This document shows positions 18,553 through 28,773 of a stretch of 64,000 bases of DNA, piece after piece. Numbering within the stretch: the first letter of the stretch is position 1; each line of letters begins with the position of its first letter. A program made the position numbers and the translations under genes. The DNA lies in NCBI GenBank assembly GCA_963674735.2, contig CAXXQS010000001.1, positions 1,216,001 through 1,280,000 of the forward strand, in the 5' to 3' direction. This DNA comes from Myxococcota bacterium. Its GTDB lineage: Bacteria; Myxococcota_A; SURF-8. Below the pieces are notes generated by a model. It did not search any database, was not told the DNA's origin, and saw only the letters and a list, made by a program, of their open reading frames with translations.

Positions 18553-21198
18553 ATGCCTGTCATCAATCACGGCCATCTCATCACTTATATCATCCTGACG
18601 ATTTTGAGTTTTTCTGCTTGTTCGGATGGAACGTCAAACCAGTCTGAAAACGGGGATACGGACATCGCGGAATCGGATGGGGACTCCATTCCCGACGGAG
18701 ATCGTTCGAACGATGACGGTGATTTGGATGAAACAATGCCGGAATGTCATATCGACACCGATTGCGAGGATAGCGAAGTCTGTCACGAGGGTCAGTGCCG
18801 GGAACCGGTCTATCCGGCCGTCTCCGAGTTCGCGACAATCCGTGCCAATTATGAACTGAACAGTGAAAACCTGCTGGTAAATGGACGTACCATAACACCG
18901 GCCGGCGAAGCCGTTTTCGTCGGCGTGCAGCCTAACCGTCTAGCGTTGACGCCGGACGGAAATTTCGCTGTGGTCAATGAAGCTACCTGGGGAACTCGCG
19001 GAGGCAAAGCAAACCGGGGAAATTATGCACTAAGAGTTGTGGATTTGAGCAGCATGGAGGTTGTGGATACACAATCTCCACCCACGAACGCCGTTTGGCA
19101 TGGGTTGCATTTGCAGGCTGGAAGTCCGCTGACAGTGTGGACGACCGGAGGGAAAGACAACCGAATTCATGAGTTCGAGCTTTCAACAGAGGGGCACCTG
19201 CTATTCCGCCGTTCCATCTCGATAGACGGTTGCTACACCACCGACATCTTACTCGACGCAGCCGGTCAAACGGCTTATGTGACGTGCTTGAAAAGCTCGA
19301 CCCTCGCACTGAGCGGCAGCGTGCAGAAAGTCGATTTGCAAAGCGAGACGATCCTCGCTAAAACGTCCCTTGCCGGTGCGTTTTACCTGGGGCTTTCTCC
19401 CGACGAAAGCGATTTGTGGGTTACCAGCATTGCAACCGAAGTCCGCCCGGCAGAAGGCGACACCGTAACCATTTTCGACGCGACGGATCTTGGTTTCAAA
19501 CAATCGGTCCACGTTGGTTTGGGCGCGGAGGGAATTCAGATCGTATCGGAACGCAACGAGGTTTTTGTGGCTTGTAATCGCAGTGACGACATATACGTGC
19601 TCGACCTGCAAAGCTATGCGATCAAAGAAAGCTTGTCCCTGCACGAAGACACGGCCCCTCTCAAAGGCATGTATCCGGTACGCTTATGGGTCGATTCCGA
19701 CAGCCACCGGCTTTACGTGGCCGCCTCACATGAAAACGCCCTTGCCGTTATCGATCTGGCAACAAAGAAAACCCTCGGTTTCATCCCCACCGGCTGGTAT
19801 CCGAACGATCTGGCCCTGACTCCCGATGGAACGTCGTTGATTGTCTCCAACGGTCGTGGAACCGGCGATGGCCCGGCCGACTACCCCGGCCCCGGTGTCG
19901 CAGGACCGGGGCGTAATCTGCGAGGAACCATCTCGAAGATCTCTCTGCCCAACGATTCGGAATTGGTCGATTACACCGAACAAGTTGCCTTGAACAATAA
20001 CCGGCAGGCGCAGTTCTTCGATTTTTCCAACGGTAATGATACGCCCTTGCCAAGTCCCGATGCGGATCCCATACCCAGTGAGAAAATCAAACATATTTTC
20101 TTTATCCTGAAGGAGAATTTCAGCTACGACTGCGCCTACGGCGATTTTGAGCGGGGTGTCGGAAACCCGGATTACTTACTGTGGGGTGAAGATATTCTAC
20201 CCAACCAACGCAAACTGGCGCGCGAGTTCACGCTGTTTGACAATTTTTACTGTGAAAGCGACAGCAGTCTGGATGGGCACCAGTGGGCGGCGGCGGGTAT
20301 CGAAACCGACTTCAATGAAAAATACAACTGGCATGCATCCGATTTCGGTACGATTGCCTGCTCGTTGACCCCCGGTACCGCCCCGGAGTCGGATTACATT
20401 CTGCCGCATCTGATCAAGCAGGGGATCGATGCTTTCGGTTTCGGCGGCATAGAGAACTTCGGAGCCGAAAGCCTGACGGTATACGCCGAAAATCTCATGC
20501 CAGGATACGAATGGAACACGGTGCCAGACGTCACCGATGTCTCGCGGGCGGAATTGTTCCAGGAAGAATTCGCCCGTCGTCTTGAAGAAGGGACCATCCC
20601 GAGTTATTCATGGATTTTCCTCGGTAATAACCATGCTTTTGGACTGACGGTGGGAGAACCCATCCCGGAATATTGGGTTGCCGAAAACGATTTGGCAGTC
20701 GGGATGGTGATCGATACGATCGCTCGAAGTTCCATATGGGAAAACTCCCTGATTTTCATCACCGAAGACGATGCGCAGTCCGGCAACGATCATATCGACA
20801 AACACCGCTGTCCGGCTCTGGCTGTGGGGCCGTATGTCAAGCGAGCCTATCTGTCGAGCGTTTTGTATACGATCAACAATTTCCATAAAACCGCTGAGTT
20901 GTTGCTTGGCAGCGGGCCGATGCATCGGCTCGACAATCGCGCTATCGGCATGTACGACATCTTCACTGCGCGTCCCGACCTGACCCCATATGAGGGTGTT
21001 CTCGACGAGGTGCCACGCACGATTTACGAAGGCCCCGAAAACAGTCTGACCCGCATGAGCGCCCGAATGGACTGGTCGGCCATCGACCGCAATCCCGACG
21101 CAAACGAACTGTATTGGCGTTATCGCAAAGGTAGCGAGCCGCCACCGGCCAGCGTGTACTATCGGTATAGAGAATTGGAAGAAGAAGACGAGTACTAA
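18553..21198 (+). CDS. Lipoprotein: acidic linker, Cys-rich module, YVTN/YncE-type beta-propeller and phosphoesterase (alkaline-phosphatase-like) domain
   Basis: GGAGG RBS; lipobox FSAC; propeller repeats (GFIPTGWYPNDLALTPDG); IKHIFFILKENFSYD, FDNFYC..SLDGHQW, ITEDDAQSGNDHID. Confidence 0.88.
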   Translation: MPVINHGHLITYIILTILSFSACSDGTSNQSENGDTDIAESDGDSIPDGDRSNDDGDLDETMPECHIDTDCEDSEVCHEGQCREPVYPAVSEFATIRANYELNSENLLVNGRTITPAGEAVFVGVQPNRLALTPDGNFAVVNEATWGTRGGKANRGNYALRVVDLSSMEVVDTQSPPTNAVWHGLHLQAGSPLTVWTTGGKDNRIHEFELSTEGHLLFRRSISIDGCYTTDILLDAAGQTAYVTCLKSSTLALSGSVQKVDLQSETILAKTSLAGAFYLGLSPDESDLWVTSIATEVRPAEGDTVTIFDATDLGFKQSVHVGLGAEGIQIVSERNEVFVACNRSDDIYVLDLQSYAIKESLSLHEDTAPLKGMYPVRLWVDSDSHRLYVAASHENALAVIDLATKKTLGFIPTGWYPNDLALTPDGTSLIVSNGRGTGDGPADYPGPGVAGPGRNLRGTISKISLPNDSELVDYTEQVALNNNRQAQFFDFSNGNDTPLPSPDADPIPSEKIKHIFFILKENFSYDCAYGDFERGVGNPDYLLWGEDILPNQRKLAREFTLFDNFYCESDSSLDGHQWAAAGIETDFNEKYNWHASDFGTIACSLTPGTAPESDYILPHLIKQGIDAFGFGGIENFGAESLTVYAENLMPGYEWNTVPDVTDVSRAELFQEEFARRLEEGTIPSYSWIFLGNNHAFGLTVGEPIPEYWVAENDLAVGMVIDTIARSSIWENSLIFITEDDAQSGNDHIDKHRCPALAVGPYVKRAYLSSVLYTINNFHKTAELLLGSGPMHRLDNRAIGMYDIFTARPDLTPYEGVLDEVPRTIYEGPENSLTRMSARMDWSAIDRNPDANELYWRYRKGSEPPPASVYYRYRELEEEDEY

Positions 21199-21288
21199 GG
21201 CACAGGGCAGGGTATTGGTGCCGAATGCTCCCTGGACCAGCTAGCCACTGAAAATGGATGAGATTACATTCGATTCTGGGATTCAACC

Positions 21289-21331
21289 AAAAAAATCGGG
21301 GCGCGTCGGATGAAAAATACGACGGCCCCGA
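21289..21331 (-). terminator. Intrinsic terminator after the DEAD-box gene
   Basis: TCGGGGC...GCCCCGA stem preceded by an A run, giving a U tail on the minus strand. Confidence 0.6.
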
Positions 21332-21359
21332 AGCAAATCAGACTGTGTAACTTAAACGT

Positions 21360-22706
21360 TTACCCGCGTGACGGTCTGGGAGCGGGTTTCGAGGAGTTCG
21401 GTCCCCTGCGGCGGCGGGGGCGATAGCCACCTGAGCTATTGCTGCGGCTGGAACTTCCCGACTGGCCGTCGCGACGCGGATTGTCGGACGTGCGACGCGG
21501 TGAACCGCCTTTAGATTCGGTTGGTTGGGGGCGTGTTGCGGTCGTCACAACAGGCCGTGGCGTCTTCGGGTCGCTATAGCGGATCTGCGGATTTTTGTGC
21601 ACATCGATGCGGCGACGGATGAGGCGTTCAATCGAATGAAGTAGCGGTCGTTCGTCATGACCACAAAACGAGAATGCAATCCCCGATGCCCCGGCGCGGC
21701 CGGTCCGGCCGATGCGATGAACATAGGATTCCGGCTCGTTGGGCAAATCGAAATTGACCACGTGTGTGACCTGATCGATATCCAACCCGCGCGAAGCGAT
21801 ATCCGTAGCAACCAGAACCCGGGAGACTCCGCGTTTGAAACTATCCAACGCTTGCTCGCGTTTGTTTTGCGATTTGTTGCCATGGATGGCCGCAGCCGCA
21901 ATGGAAGCATAAGCGAGCTTGCGGACGACTTTGTCGGCCCCATGCTTGGTTCGCGTGAAAACCAGTGTTCGACTCATCGAGCGGTCGTTGAGCAGGTCGA
22001 CGAGCAGCCCGATTTTTTCCGGTCGCTCGACGAAATAGACGGACTGGTCGATGCTTTCAACCGTGGTTGCCTGCGGAGTGACGCTTACCGTAATCGGATT
22101 ATGCAGAATACCTTCCGCAAGTTGAACGATACGGGGCGGAAGAGTCGCTGAGAACAGCAGGGTTTGACGTTTCGCAGGGATCGCCTTGACCACTCGGCGG
22201 ATATCGTGGATGAACCCCATATCGAGCATGCGGTCGGCTTCGTCCAGCACAAAGTACTCGATCTCCGAAAGATCCACATACCCCTGGTTCATCAGGTCGA
22301 GCAGACGTCCGGGAGTAGCGACGAGAATGTCGACTCCCGCTGTGAGGGCGCGTGTTTGCGAGTACTGATTGACGCCTCCGAAAATCACGGTGGAATGAAA
22401 ACCCGAACTTTGTCCGAAATCGGTAAAGCTTTGTCCGATCTGAGAAGCCAACTCGCGGGTCGGTGCCAGAGTCAGAACACGAATTCGTTTTTTTCCACGT
22501 CTGCTGCCGGATTGGAGCATGCGTTGAAGAATCGGGAGTGCGAAAGCGGCGGTTTTACCGGTACCGGTTTGGGCGCAGCCCATCACATCTTTGCCGTCTA
22601 AAACGGGAGGAATTGCTAACTCCTGGATTTTCGTCGGGTTTTCGTACCCTTGTCGTTTGACGGATTGAAGGAGAGAGCCGGAAAAATGAAATTCCTTGAA
22701 ATTCAT
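21360..22706 (-). CDS. rhlE: DEAD-box RNA helicase (RhlE-like)
   Basis: [43 protein letters not shown]; basic disordered C-tail. Confidence 0.93.
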   Translation of the reverse strand: MNFKEFHFSGSLLQSVKRQGYENPTKIQELAIPPVLDGKDVMGCAQTGTGKTAAFALPILQRMLQSGSRRGKKRIRVLTLAPTRELASQIGQSFTDFGQSSGFHSTVIFGGVNQYSQTRALTAGVDILVATPGRLLDLMNQGYVDLSEIEYFVLDEADRMLDMGFIHDIRRVVKAIPAKRQTLLFSATLPPRIVQLAEGILHNPITVSVTPQATTVESIDQSVYFVERPEKIGLLVDLLNDRSMSRTLVFTRTKHGADKVVRKLAYASIAAAAIHGNKSQNKREQALDSFKRGVSRVLVATDIASRGLDIDQVTHVVNFDLPNEPESYVHRIGRTGRAGASGIAFSFCGHDERPLLHSIERLIRRRIDVHKNPQIRYSDPKTPRPVVTTATRPQPTESKGGSPRRTSDNPRRDGQSGSSSRSNSSGGYRPRRRRGPNSSKPAPRPSRG

Positions 22707-22848
22707 AAAAAAGTGCCTATTCTAACCTTGATTCGTTCAAGGAAAACGGCAAACGTAGCCTGCATCGATGAATATCTGGGGAGAATTAGTTAGCCCAGAG
22801 GCGTGAGAGTTCACGCGAATTCGCTGGAGGGTCGCCTGCGACTCGATA

Positions 22849-22877
22849 CTTATACATTCAATTGATACGAAAGTCAA
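22849..22877 (-). promoter_or_regulatory. Putative sigma-70 promoter for the DEAD-box gene, giving a leader of about 135 nt
   Basis: Minus strand TTGACT-N17-TATAAG. Confidence 0.6.
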
Positions 22878-23174
22878 CCTAAATATGCCTGCAAACGAAC
22901 AAATCAATGAATGACTGCTGGGATCGATAGTCACGAATTGGTGAGAATTCGATGCCTCCTGGTTCGGTGAGATTAATTAATCTAGTAATATCATTAAATT
23001 ACCCTGGTGTGCAAACGTCTCTGGGTTGCTGATTTAAAGAGAAAAAGGCAATGGGTAGGATTTCTTATTTTAAAATAGGCCATTCAAAAGCGAGCAAATT
23101 ACTTGTAGGTCGAGAAACTGAACCCGCATTTCGCCTAACATTAAGAAAATAATTGGAAAAAATTAAAAAATGTC

Positions 23175-23203
23175 TTGCATATTTGTTTCCGTGCTTGTAG
23201 GCT
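23175..23203 (+). promoter_or_regulatory. Putative sigma-70 promoter for the RRM gene, giving a leader of about 150 nt
   Basis: TTGCAT-N17-TAGGCT, preceded by an A-rich UP-like tract. Confidence 0.55.
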
Positions 23204-23359
23204 ACTAGCGGTTCTTGGTGACGACATTTAGCCGGTCATGTTCTCTTCGATTATTCAATAGGTAATCCCCAACAAGATAACATCAACCGTATTTACTGTT
23301 CCTCACCTTTACGGGAATGGTCCCGGGACCAAGTAATTTGTGCTGAAAGGACGAATAGA

Positions 23360-23623
23360 ATGCAGAACAAACTTTATGTGGGTGGTTTGGCTTGGGCTAC
23401 GGACAATGCCGGCTTGGAAAAGTATTTTTCCTCTTACGGAACCATCGAAGAAGCCAAGGTCATCACGGATCGTGAAACCGGTCGTAGCCGTGGCTTCGGC
23501 TTTGTCACCTTCTCGGATGAAGCTGACGCCCAAAAAGCGCTGTCCTTGGACGGAAGCGAGTTGGATGGCCGGACCTTGAAGGTCAACATTGCTCAGGACA
23601 AGCCGCGCCGCGATCGCTGGTAA
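23360..23623 (+). CDS. RRM-domain RNA-binding protein (RbpA-like)
   Basis: RNP2 KLYVGGL; RNP1 RSRGFGFVTF; LDGRTLKVNIA. Confidence 0.95.
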   Translation: MQNKLYVGGLAWATDNAGLEKYFSSYGTIEEAKVITDRETGRSRGFGFVTFSDEADAQKALSLDGSELDGRTLKVNIAQDKPRRDRW

Positions 23624-23708
23624 AACCGAAAAGCCTTCACCGGCTTCTTGGATCTCGGGAATAAATTGATGCCGCTTCGGCGTATCTAAGTTCTCAGAGC
23701 ACCAGAAC

Positions 23709-23753
23709 AAAAAGAAAGCACGAGCGAATTTTGGTTCGCCCGTGCTTTTTTTT
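23709..23753. terminator. Bidirectional intrinsic terminator
   Basis: AAAGCACGAGCGAA...TTCGCCCGTGCTTTTTTTT between convergent genes. Confidence 0.8.
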
Positions 23754-23836
23754 GTCATCATTTAAAATCAGTTGCGCGATTTTGCCAGATCGATTATCAA
23801 AACCGGAAGACTTTTTCCGAAATCGCTTCGATTACA

Positions 23837-24313
23837 CTAGCCGAGACGTTTAACGAGATTTCCCACTATCTTTCCGTATCGTAAGCACTCTTCGCGAGCG
23901 CCGTCATCCGGCGCGCCGACGCTGACCGGTCCGTAATGATGTCCCTTCCAGGAGCCTTGGACCACCATGCCGTGGACCAACCAGGCTTGCAGAATGCTCT
24001 GAATCGTGGTTTCGTTACCACCGGCCAGGTTTCCCGAACTGCTGAACGCTCCTCCGACTTTGCCTTCCAGGCGTCCGAATCGTTTGACGCTGGTATCGAT
24101 GAATTGTTTGACTTCCGCAGCCATGACTCCGAAATAAGTCGGACTGCCTAGAATAATGCCATCGGCGTCATCCAGATCGTCGAGAGTTGTGTCGGATAGC
24201 TTTTTCACGATAACATCGATATCATCGACGCTCGAAACACCTTCTTGAATCAAGTTCGCCATTTTTTCGGTGTTGCCTGTGCGGCTGTAATAACTGATCA
24301 GAACTTTTTTCAT
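23837..24313 (-). CDS. Flavodoxin family protein (WrbA-like)
   Basis: YYSRTGNTEKMA, GSPTYFG, GKVGGAFSS..GGNET. Confidence 0.9.
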   Translation of the reverse strand: MKKVLISYYSRTGNTEKMANLIQEGVSSVDDIDVIVKKLSDTTLDDLDDADGIILGSPTYFGVMAAEVKQFIDTSVKRFGRLEGKVGGAFSSSGNLAGGNETTIQSILQAWLVHGMVVQGSWKGHHYGPVSVGAPDDGAREECLRYGKIVGNLVKRLG

Positions 24314-25317
24314 TACTGACTCCGTTTCGATTTACCTGTTTTAATCGGGATCATACGTCGCTCGCGAGCCGAGCGATATAAAGCATCGATAACATCCATG
24401 TTCCGAATGGCATCCTCTACTGGCCAGCGCGGGTCGCGCTGTTGCTGGACGGCTTCCATGAAGTCGAGGATTTCGAGTGAGTAGGGATTAGCTCCGGGGA
24501 TTTCAAGTCGTTCGCTTGATTGATTGTTTTCTACAAGGATCGTGGCGCTTTCCATCCTGGGAGACCAGGGTGCGTTCAGAACGATCCTGCCTTTCGTTCC
24601 GACGATTTCGGCCCGGGTTCGGGACGACGTCTCCAAACTGCAATCGATCTGGGCCAGCACGCCGTTTTCGAACTGCAAGATGCCATGCAGACTTAGGTCG
24701 ACATCGGAACGAATGTCGACCGCGGAAACGCGACGAGGTTCTTGCCCGGTGATAAAGCGAGTGAAACTGACGCCATAGCAGCCGAGGTCCATGAGAGCGC
24801 CGCCAGCCAGATCATGGCGGTATTGCACGGCCGATGGGTTGTCCAATGTATGCGAAAAAGAAGCGTGCAAGCTTTTGATTTCCCCGATGGATTCGGATTC
24901 AAGAAGTTCGAATACCTTTTCATAGATAGGGTGAAAGCGATACATGAACGCTTCCGCGACGGGGATTTTGGCTTGACGAGCGGCATTCGCCACTTGACGT
25001 GCTTCGGCCGCATTTGCTGTGAACGGCTTTTCACATAGTGCCGGGACTCCGGCTTCGATAGCTGCCAAGGTCCATTCGGCGTGTAGGCTGTTGGGGAGCG
25101 GGATGTAAACGGCGTCTACCTGGTTTGAGTCGAGTAGGTCCTGATAGGAACCATAGGCAAAGGGTACGGCGCGTTCGGCCGCCCAGTCATAGGCGCGGGA
25201 TTGATCTCGTGAGGCGACGGCGATCACTCCGGTTTGAGGAATGCTTGAGATCGCTTTCACGAATGTATCTGCGATGTTGGCAGTGCTGAGGATGCCCCAG
25301 CAAAAAGGTCGTGCCAT
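24313..25317 (-). CDS. Gfo/Idh/MocA family oxidoreductase
   Basis: WGILSTANIA, VYIPLPNSLH, LCEKP, EAFMYRFHP, GGALMDLGCY. Confidence 0.92.
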   Translation of the reverse strand: MARPFCWGILSTANIADTFVKAISSIPQTGVIAVASRDQSRAYDWAAERAVPFAYGSYQDLLDSNQVDAVYIPLPNSLHAEWTLAAIEAGVPALCEKPFTANAAEARQVANAARQAKIPVAEAFMYRFHPIYEKVFELLESESIGEIKSLHASFSHTLDNPSAVQYRHDLAGGALMDLGCYGVSFTRFITGQEPRRVSAVDIRSDVDLSLHGILQFENGVLAQIDCSLETSSRTRAEIVGTKGRIVLNAPWSPRMESATILVENNQSSERLEIPGANPYSLEILDFMEAVQQQRDPRWPVEDAIRNMDVIDALYRSARERRMIPIKTGKSKRSQ

Positions 25318-25340
25318 GTTTCAATCCTTTCCGGGGGCGA

Positions 25341-26249
25341 TTAGCTTCCAAGTATTCGCGGAATGACAGCTCGCCTGCCCGTATAGCGCAGATAGGTAAT
25401 GTCCGGTTCGCCAAGTGCGATTACGGCATGAATCTTTTCACGATCGGGTATGCCGATCCGTCGTGCAATCGATGGATCGTGTTTCATGGCTTCAACGGCG
25501 AATCCAATCAGGCAGCTTCCATATCCCATCGTGTGCGCAGCCAACATGATGTTTTGTGCCGCCAAGCAAGCGTCTTCCGTGGGACAGGAACCGCCGGGCT
25601 CACTGCCGATCAGAATTACGGCTGGGGCCCCGTGGAACAGGCGGTCGCGACCGGTAAGTTCGTTTTCCCTCAAGGCGCGTTCCACATCGGCGAAGTAGTC
25701 ACGATAGTAGATGTCCAAAGCGTTTCCCATTGTCGCTTTGGCCAGCAGGCGAAAGATGGAGTTTGCGGCTTTGCGGTTCAAATTGCGGAAGAAATCGGCG
25801 ATGATTCCAGCCAATGTCTCGACTGCGGCGCGATCGGGAAGAATGGAAAATGTCCAGAGTTGGTCGTTCGATCCAGAAGGCGCGCTGGTCCCGATACGCA
25901 CCAAATCTTCGAGAACAGTCCGAGGGACCGTGGTTTTCTGATAACGGCGGCAGGAGCGCCGTGAGTACATCAGGCGAACTAATTCAGCCGTTTCACTTTC
26001 GCCCGGTTTGATCGGCTTCTGGGGTACGTCGATGGTGGACAAAGATAAAGCCGTTTCGTCAATGAAAGGAACCTGAATGGCATCGGCGGGACAAACGGCC
26101 GCGCACTGTCCACAGCCGATGGAGGAATCGCGTGCCATCTGGGCTTTTTCGCCGTAAATTCCAATGGTATCCTTGGGGCAAACCTGTGTGCATGCTCCGC
26201 ATCCGATACAGCGTACAGGGTCGATGATAATGCGTCCTGTTGAACTCAT
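25341..26249 (-). CDS. Nitroreductase with an N-terminal ferredoxin (4Fe-4S) domain
   Basis: CIGCGACTQVCP and (S)IGCGQCAAVCP; RRSCRRY; APSGSNDQ; QNIMLAAH..GYGSC. Confidence 0.9.
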   Translation of the reverse strand: MSSTGRIIIDPVRCIGCGACTQVCPKDTIGIYGEKAQMARDSSIGCGQCAAVCPADAIQVPFIDETALSLSTIDVPQKPIKPGESETAELVRLMYSRRSCRRYQKTTVPRTVLEDLVRIGTSAPSGSNDQLWTFSILPDRAAVETLAGIIADFFRNLNRKAANSIFRLLAKATMGNALDIYYRDYFADVERALRENELTGRDRLFHGAPAVILIGSEPGGSCPTEDACLAAQNIMLAAHTMGYGSCLIGFAVEAMKHDPSIARRIGIPDREKIHAVIALGEPDITYLRYTGRRAVIPRILGS

Positions 26250-26345
26250 GAGTGCCTCACAACTTATGGGAAATGGAAAACTGAGTTTCGCGAAAACGAA
26301 TTGGATTATTCAAGCAATACTTATACAATCACGCATATATATTTG

Positions 26346-27377
26346 TTATGAATGATACTTTCTTTTTTCTCTGAAAAGCAACCCGATAAAAAATGGGCCG
26401 CCGATTAATGCCGTCAAGATGCCGACGGGTAACTCGGTAGGCGCAAAAATCGTGCGCGCCACCGTGTCGCAGATTACAAGAAATCCGGCTCCAGCCAACA
26501 GACAAGCAGGCATCAGGATGCGATGGTCCGGGCCGATGAGAAAACGGACGGTATGTGGCACGATCAGCCCCACAAATCCGATTGGTCCCGCCACCGATAC
26601 GACGGCAGCGACGATCAAGGAGGATGCTCCGTAGATCATGCGCGGCGACTTGACCACATCGACTCCTCTAACATGAGCCATGTAAGATCCGAAACTGAGC
26701 TGGTTGAGGTCGGAACTTTTTAGTAGAAGAACGCCGCCACCAAGCAGCCAAAACGGCAAAACACCCCAGACTGCGTCGAAACCGAGGATATCCAAGCCGC
26801 CCATCAGCCAGCGGACCATACGGTAACTCTCAGCAAAATCGGCGGCATAATGGACAAACAAAATCATGGCCGAGAAGAAAAAACTTAGGGAAATACCGGC
26901 TAGAAGCAGAATGTGGGTTGGTAGTTGGTTCCGGGTACGGGCCAGTGAGTAGACGAGAAAAACGGTTCCCAACGCTCCCAGGAAAGCGAAAGCGGCGGTG
27001 GTGGAGATGCCGAACAGGCTGATGTCCAATCCCAACTTGATGGCCAACACCGCCCCCAGCGACCCTCCGCTCGAAACTCCCAGAGTATAAGGTGTTGCGA
27101 GGGGGTTACGAAGGAGAGCTTGAAAAGCCGCACCGGCTATAGCCAAACCTCCGCCTGTCAGCGCGGCGAGAAGAGTTCGCGGCAGGCGCATGGCAAACAA
27201 AATGTTGGCATCGAGATTGTTTGATATGTTTTGCCAGTGGCTTAACGCTTTTTCCGGATCGATAGCAACCGAACCGACAAAAGGCGAAATGCAGAGAGCC
27301 AGACCGGCGAACAGGGCAAAGGGAAGGAGTTTGATTATTGTCCGAGGGAATCCCCGAGAAGTCATCAATCCCCTCAT
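26346..27377 (-). CDS. FecCD/BtuC-family ABC transporter permease (iron chelate or cobalamin)
   Basis: RLPRTLLA, FQALLRNPLATPYTLGVSSG, GPIGFVGLIVPH, ELPVGILTALIGGPFF. Confidence 0.93.
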   Translation of the reverse strand: MRGLMTSRGFPRTIIKLLPFALFAGLALCISPFVGSVAIDPEKALSHWQNISNNLDANILFAMRLPRTLLAALTGGGLAIAGAAFQALLRNPLATPYTLGVSSGGSLGAVLAIKLGLDISLFGISTTAAFAFLGALGTVFLVYSLARTRNQLPTHILLLAGISLSFFFSAMILFVHYAADFAESYRMVRWLMGGLDILGFDAVWGVLPFWLLGGGVLLLKSSDLNQLSFGSYMAHVRGVDVVKSPRMIYGASSLIVAAVVSVAGPIGFVGLIVPHTVRFLIGPDHRILMPACLLAGAGFLVICDTVARTIFAPTELPVGILTALIGGPFFIGLLFREKRKYHS

Positions 27378-28159
27378 TTCGCTTGCGGAACGACAAAAGG
27401 TCGATCAGTGTCGGGATGGCGACCGGAAAGAACTGAAATTCCGAAATAACGTTCGACCGTGGTGGGCGTGATAAGCGTTTTCGGCTCTCCTTGTGCGGCA
27501 ATACGTCCTTTATCAAGTAAGAGAATCGTATCGCAGAATTGAGATCCCAAGTTAAGATCATGGGTTACGGCAATGATGGTCAAACCATGCTCGTTGTTGA
27601 GACGTCTGAGAACATTGTAAATGTGGACTTGGTGTCGTAAATCGAGAGATGATGTGGGCTCGTCCAGTAGTAAAATATCACTTTTTTGTGCCAAGGCTCC
27701 CGCCAAAACAACTCTCTGTTTTTCACCTCCGGATAGTTCCATCACCGAGCGATGGGCTAAATCTCCGACGTCGGTTTGGTCCATGGCCCACGTAACGACT
27801 TCGTCGTCATCACGGTGAGACTTGCCGAGTAGTCCTTCGTAAGGGTAACGTCCCATTCGAATGAACTCTTCAACTGTATAAGGAAAGGGAAAACTGAAAT
27901 TCTGAGGAACAACGCCGATTTTTGTTGCGATATGTCTGCGTGTATAGTCAGCTAGCGGACGGCCTTCGAGCTTAACACTTCCATGTGAAGGGAGCAAATA
28001 GCCGGAAAGAAGCTTGATCAAAGTTGATTTTCCGGATCCGTTAGGACCGATCAGTCCGAAAAAACGCCCTTTTTCCAGTGACAAGGATATCGAATCGATA
28101 ACGGTTCGCTGGTGATATGAGAAAACAAGGTTGCGTACTTCCAGAAGCGTTTGGCCCAT
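27374..28159 (-). CDS. ABC transporter ATP-binding protein (FepC/BtuD-like)
   Basis: GPNGSGKS, LSGGEKQRV, LLLDEPT, THDLN. Confidence 0.93.
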   Translation of the reverse strand: MGQTLLEVRNLVFSYHQRTVIDSISLSLEKGRFFGLIGPNGSGKSTLIKLLSGYLLPSHGSVKLEGRPLADYTRRHIATKIGVVPQNFSFPFPYTVEEFIRMGRYPYEGLLGKSHRDDDEVVTWAMDQTDVGDLAHRSVMELSGGEKQRVVLAGALAQKSDILLLDEPTSSLDLRHQVHIYNVLRRLNNEHGLTIIAVTHDLNLGSQFCDTILLLDKGRIAAQGEPKTLITPTTVERYFGISVLSGRHPDTDRPFVVPQAK

Positions 28160-28247
28160 AATAATTCGTACCGTCGTTCCACTGGTTAAACTTGAGGGGA
28201 CGATACTCCCAAAGGTGCCTTCACGTCAAGCTTCGGAAAGAAAACTC

Positions 28248-28265
28248 TGAATGACGGCTCATTCA
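28248..28265. promoter_or_regulatory. Perfect 7-4-7 inverted repeat in a divergent promoter region (possible operator)
   Basis: TGAATGA-CGGC-TCATTCA, just upstream of a minus-strand TTGACG-N18-TATCGT promoter candidate. Confidence 0.35.
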
Positions 28266-28379
28266 AAATACTTGTAATGACTAAGAAAAATGGAAAATAA
28301 GGTGTTGCTGGAGAAGATGTGTCGAGGTACAATGTTGATAGGGATTCTTCTTTGTACCTCTCTCTTGCGGATGCTGAAA

Positions 28380-28769
28380 ATGACAAAGCGGATTATGATC
28401 GTTGACGATGAACCGGATGTACAACTCTTTCTCACAACGCTTTTGGAAGACCATGGGTTTGAGACTATTACCACAGAAGGGCGTCCTATTTTGGATGTTG
28501 CACGCGAAACAGTCCCCGACCTGATCTGCATGGATGTTGTGATGCCCAGACAGTCGGGCTTGTCTCTATTTCTGGGCATGAAAAAAGACCCGGAGCTCGA
28601 ACACATACCGGTGATTATGCTGACGGGCCTAACACATGGAGAAGCTTTCATCCGTGACAATCTTAAACGCCTTGATCCTGCCGCAGAATCGGTTGCTCCG
28701 GATTGTGTCGTTGAAAAGCCGATCCAAATCGATTTGTTGCTCAACCGAATTCATGATCTGACTGCATGA
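28380..28769 (+). CDS. Single-domain response regulator
   Basis: IMIVDDEPD, PDLICMDVVMP, IPVIMLTG, EKP; no output domain. Confidence 0.9.
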   Translation: MTKRIMIVDDEPDVQLFLTTLLEDHGFETITTEGRPILDVARETVPDLICMDVVMPRQSGLSLFLGMKKDPELEHIPVIMLTGLTHGEAFIRDNLKRLDPAAESVAPDCVVEKPIQIDLLLNRIHDLTA

Positions 28770-28773
28770 AAGG

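Noticed and set aside
23309-23761. 150-aa minus-strand ORF
   Set aside because: Antisense to the clear RRM gene and spans its terminator.
28160-28379. Cobalamin riboswitch upstream of the ABC transporter
   Set aside because: No B12-box-like sequence, and the promoter candidate leaves only a short leader.
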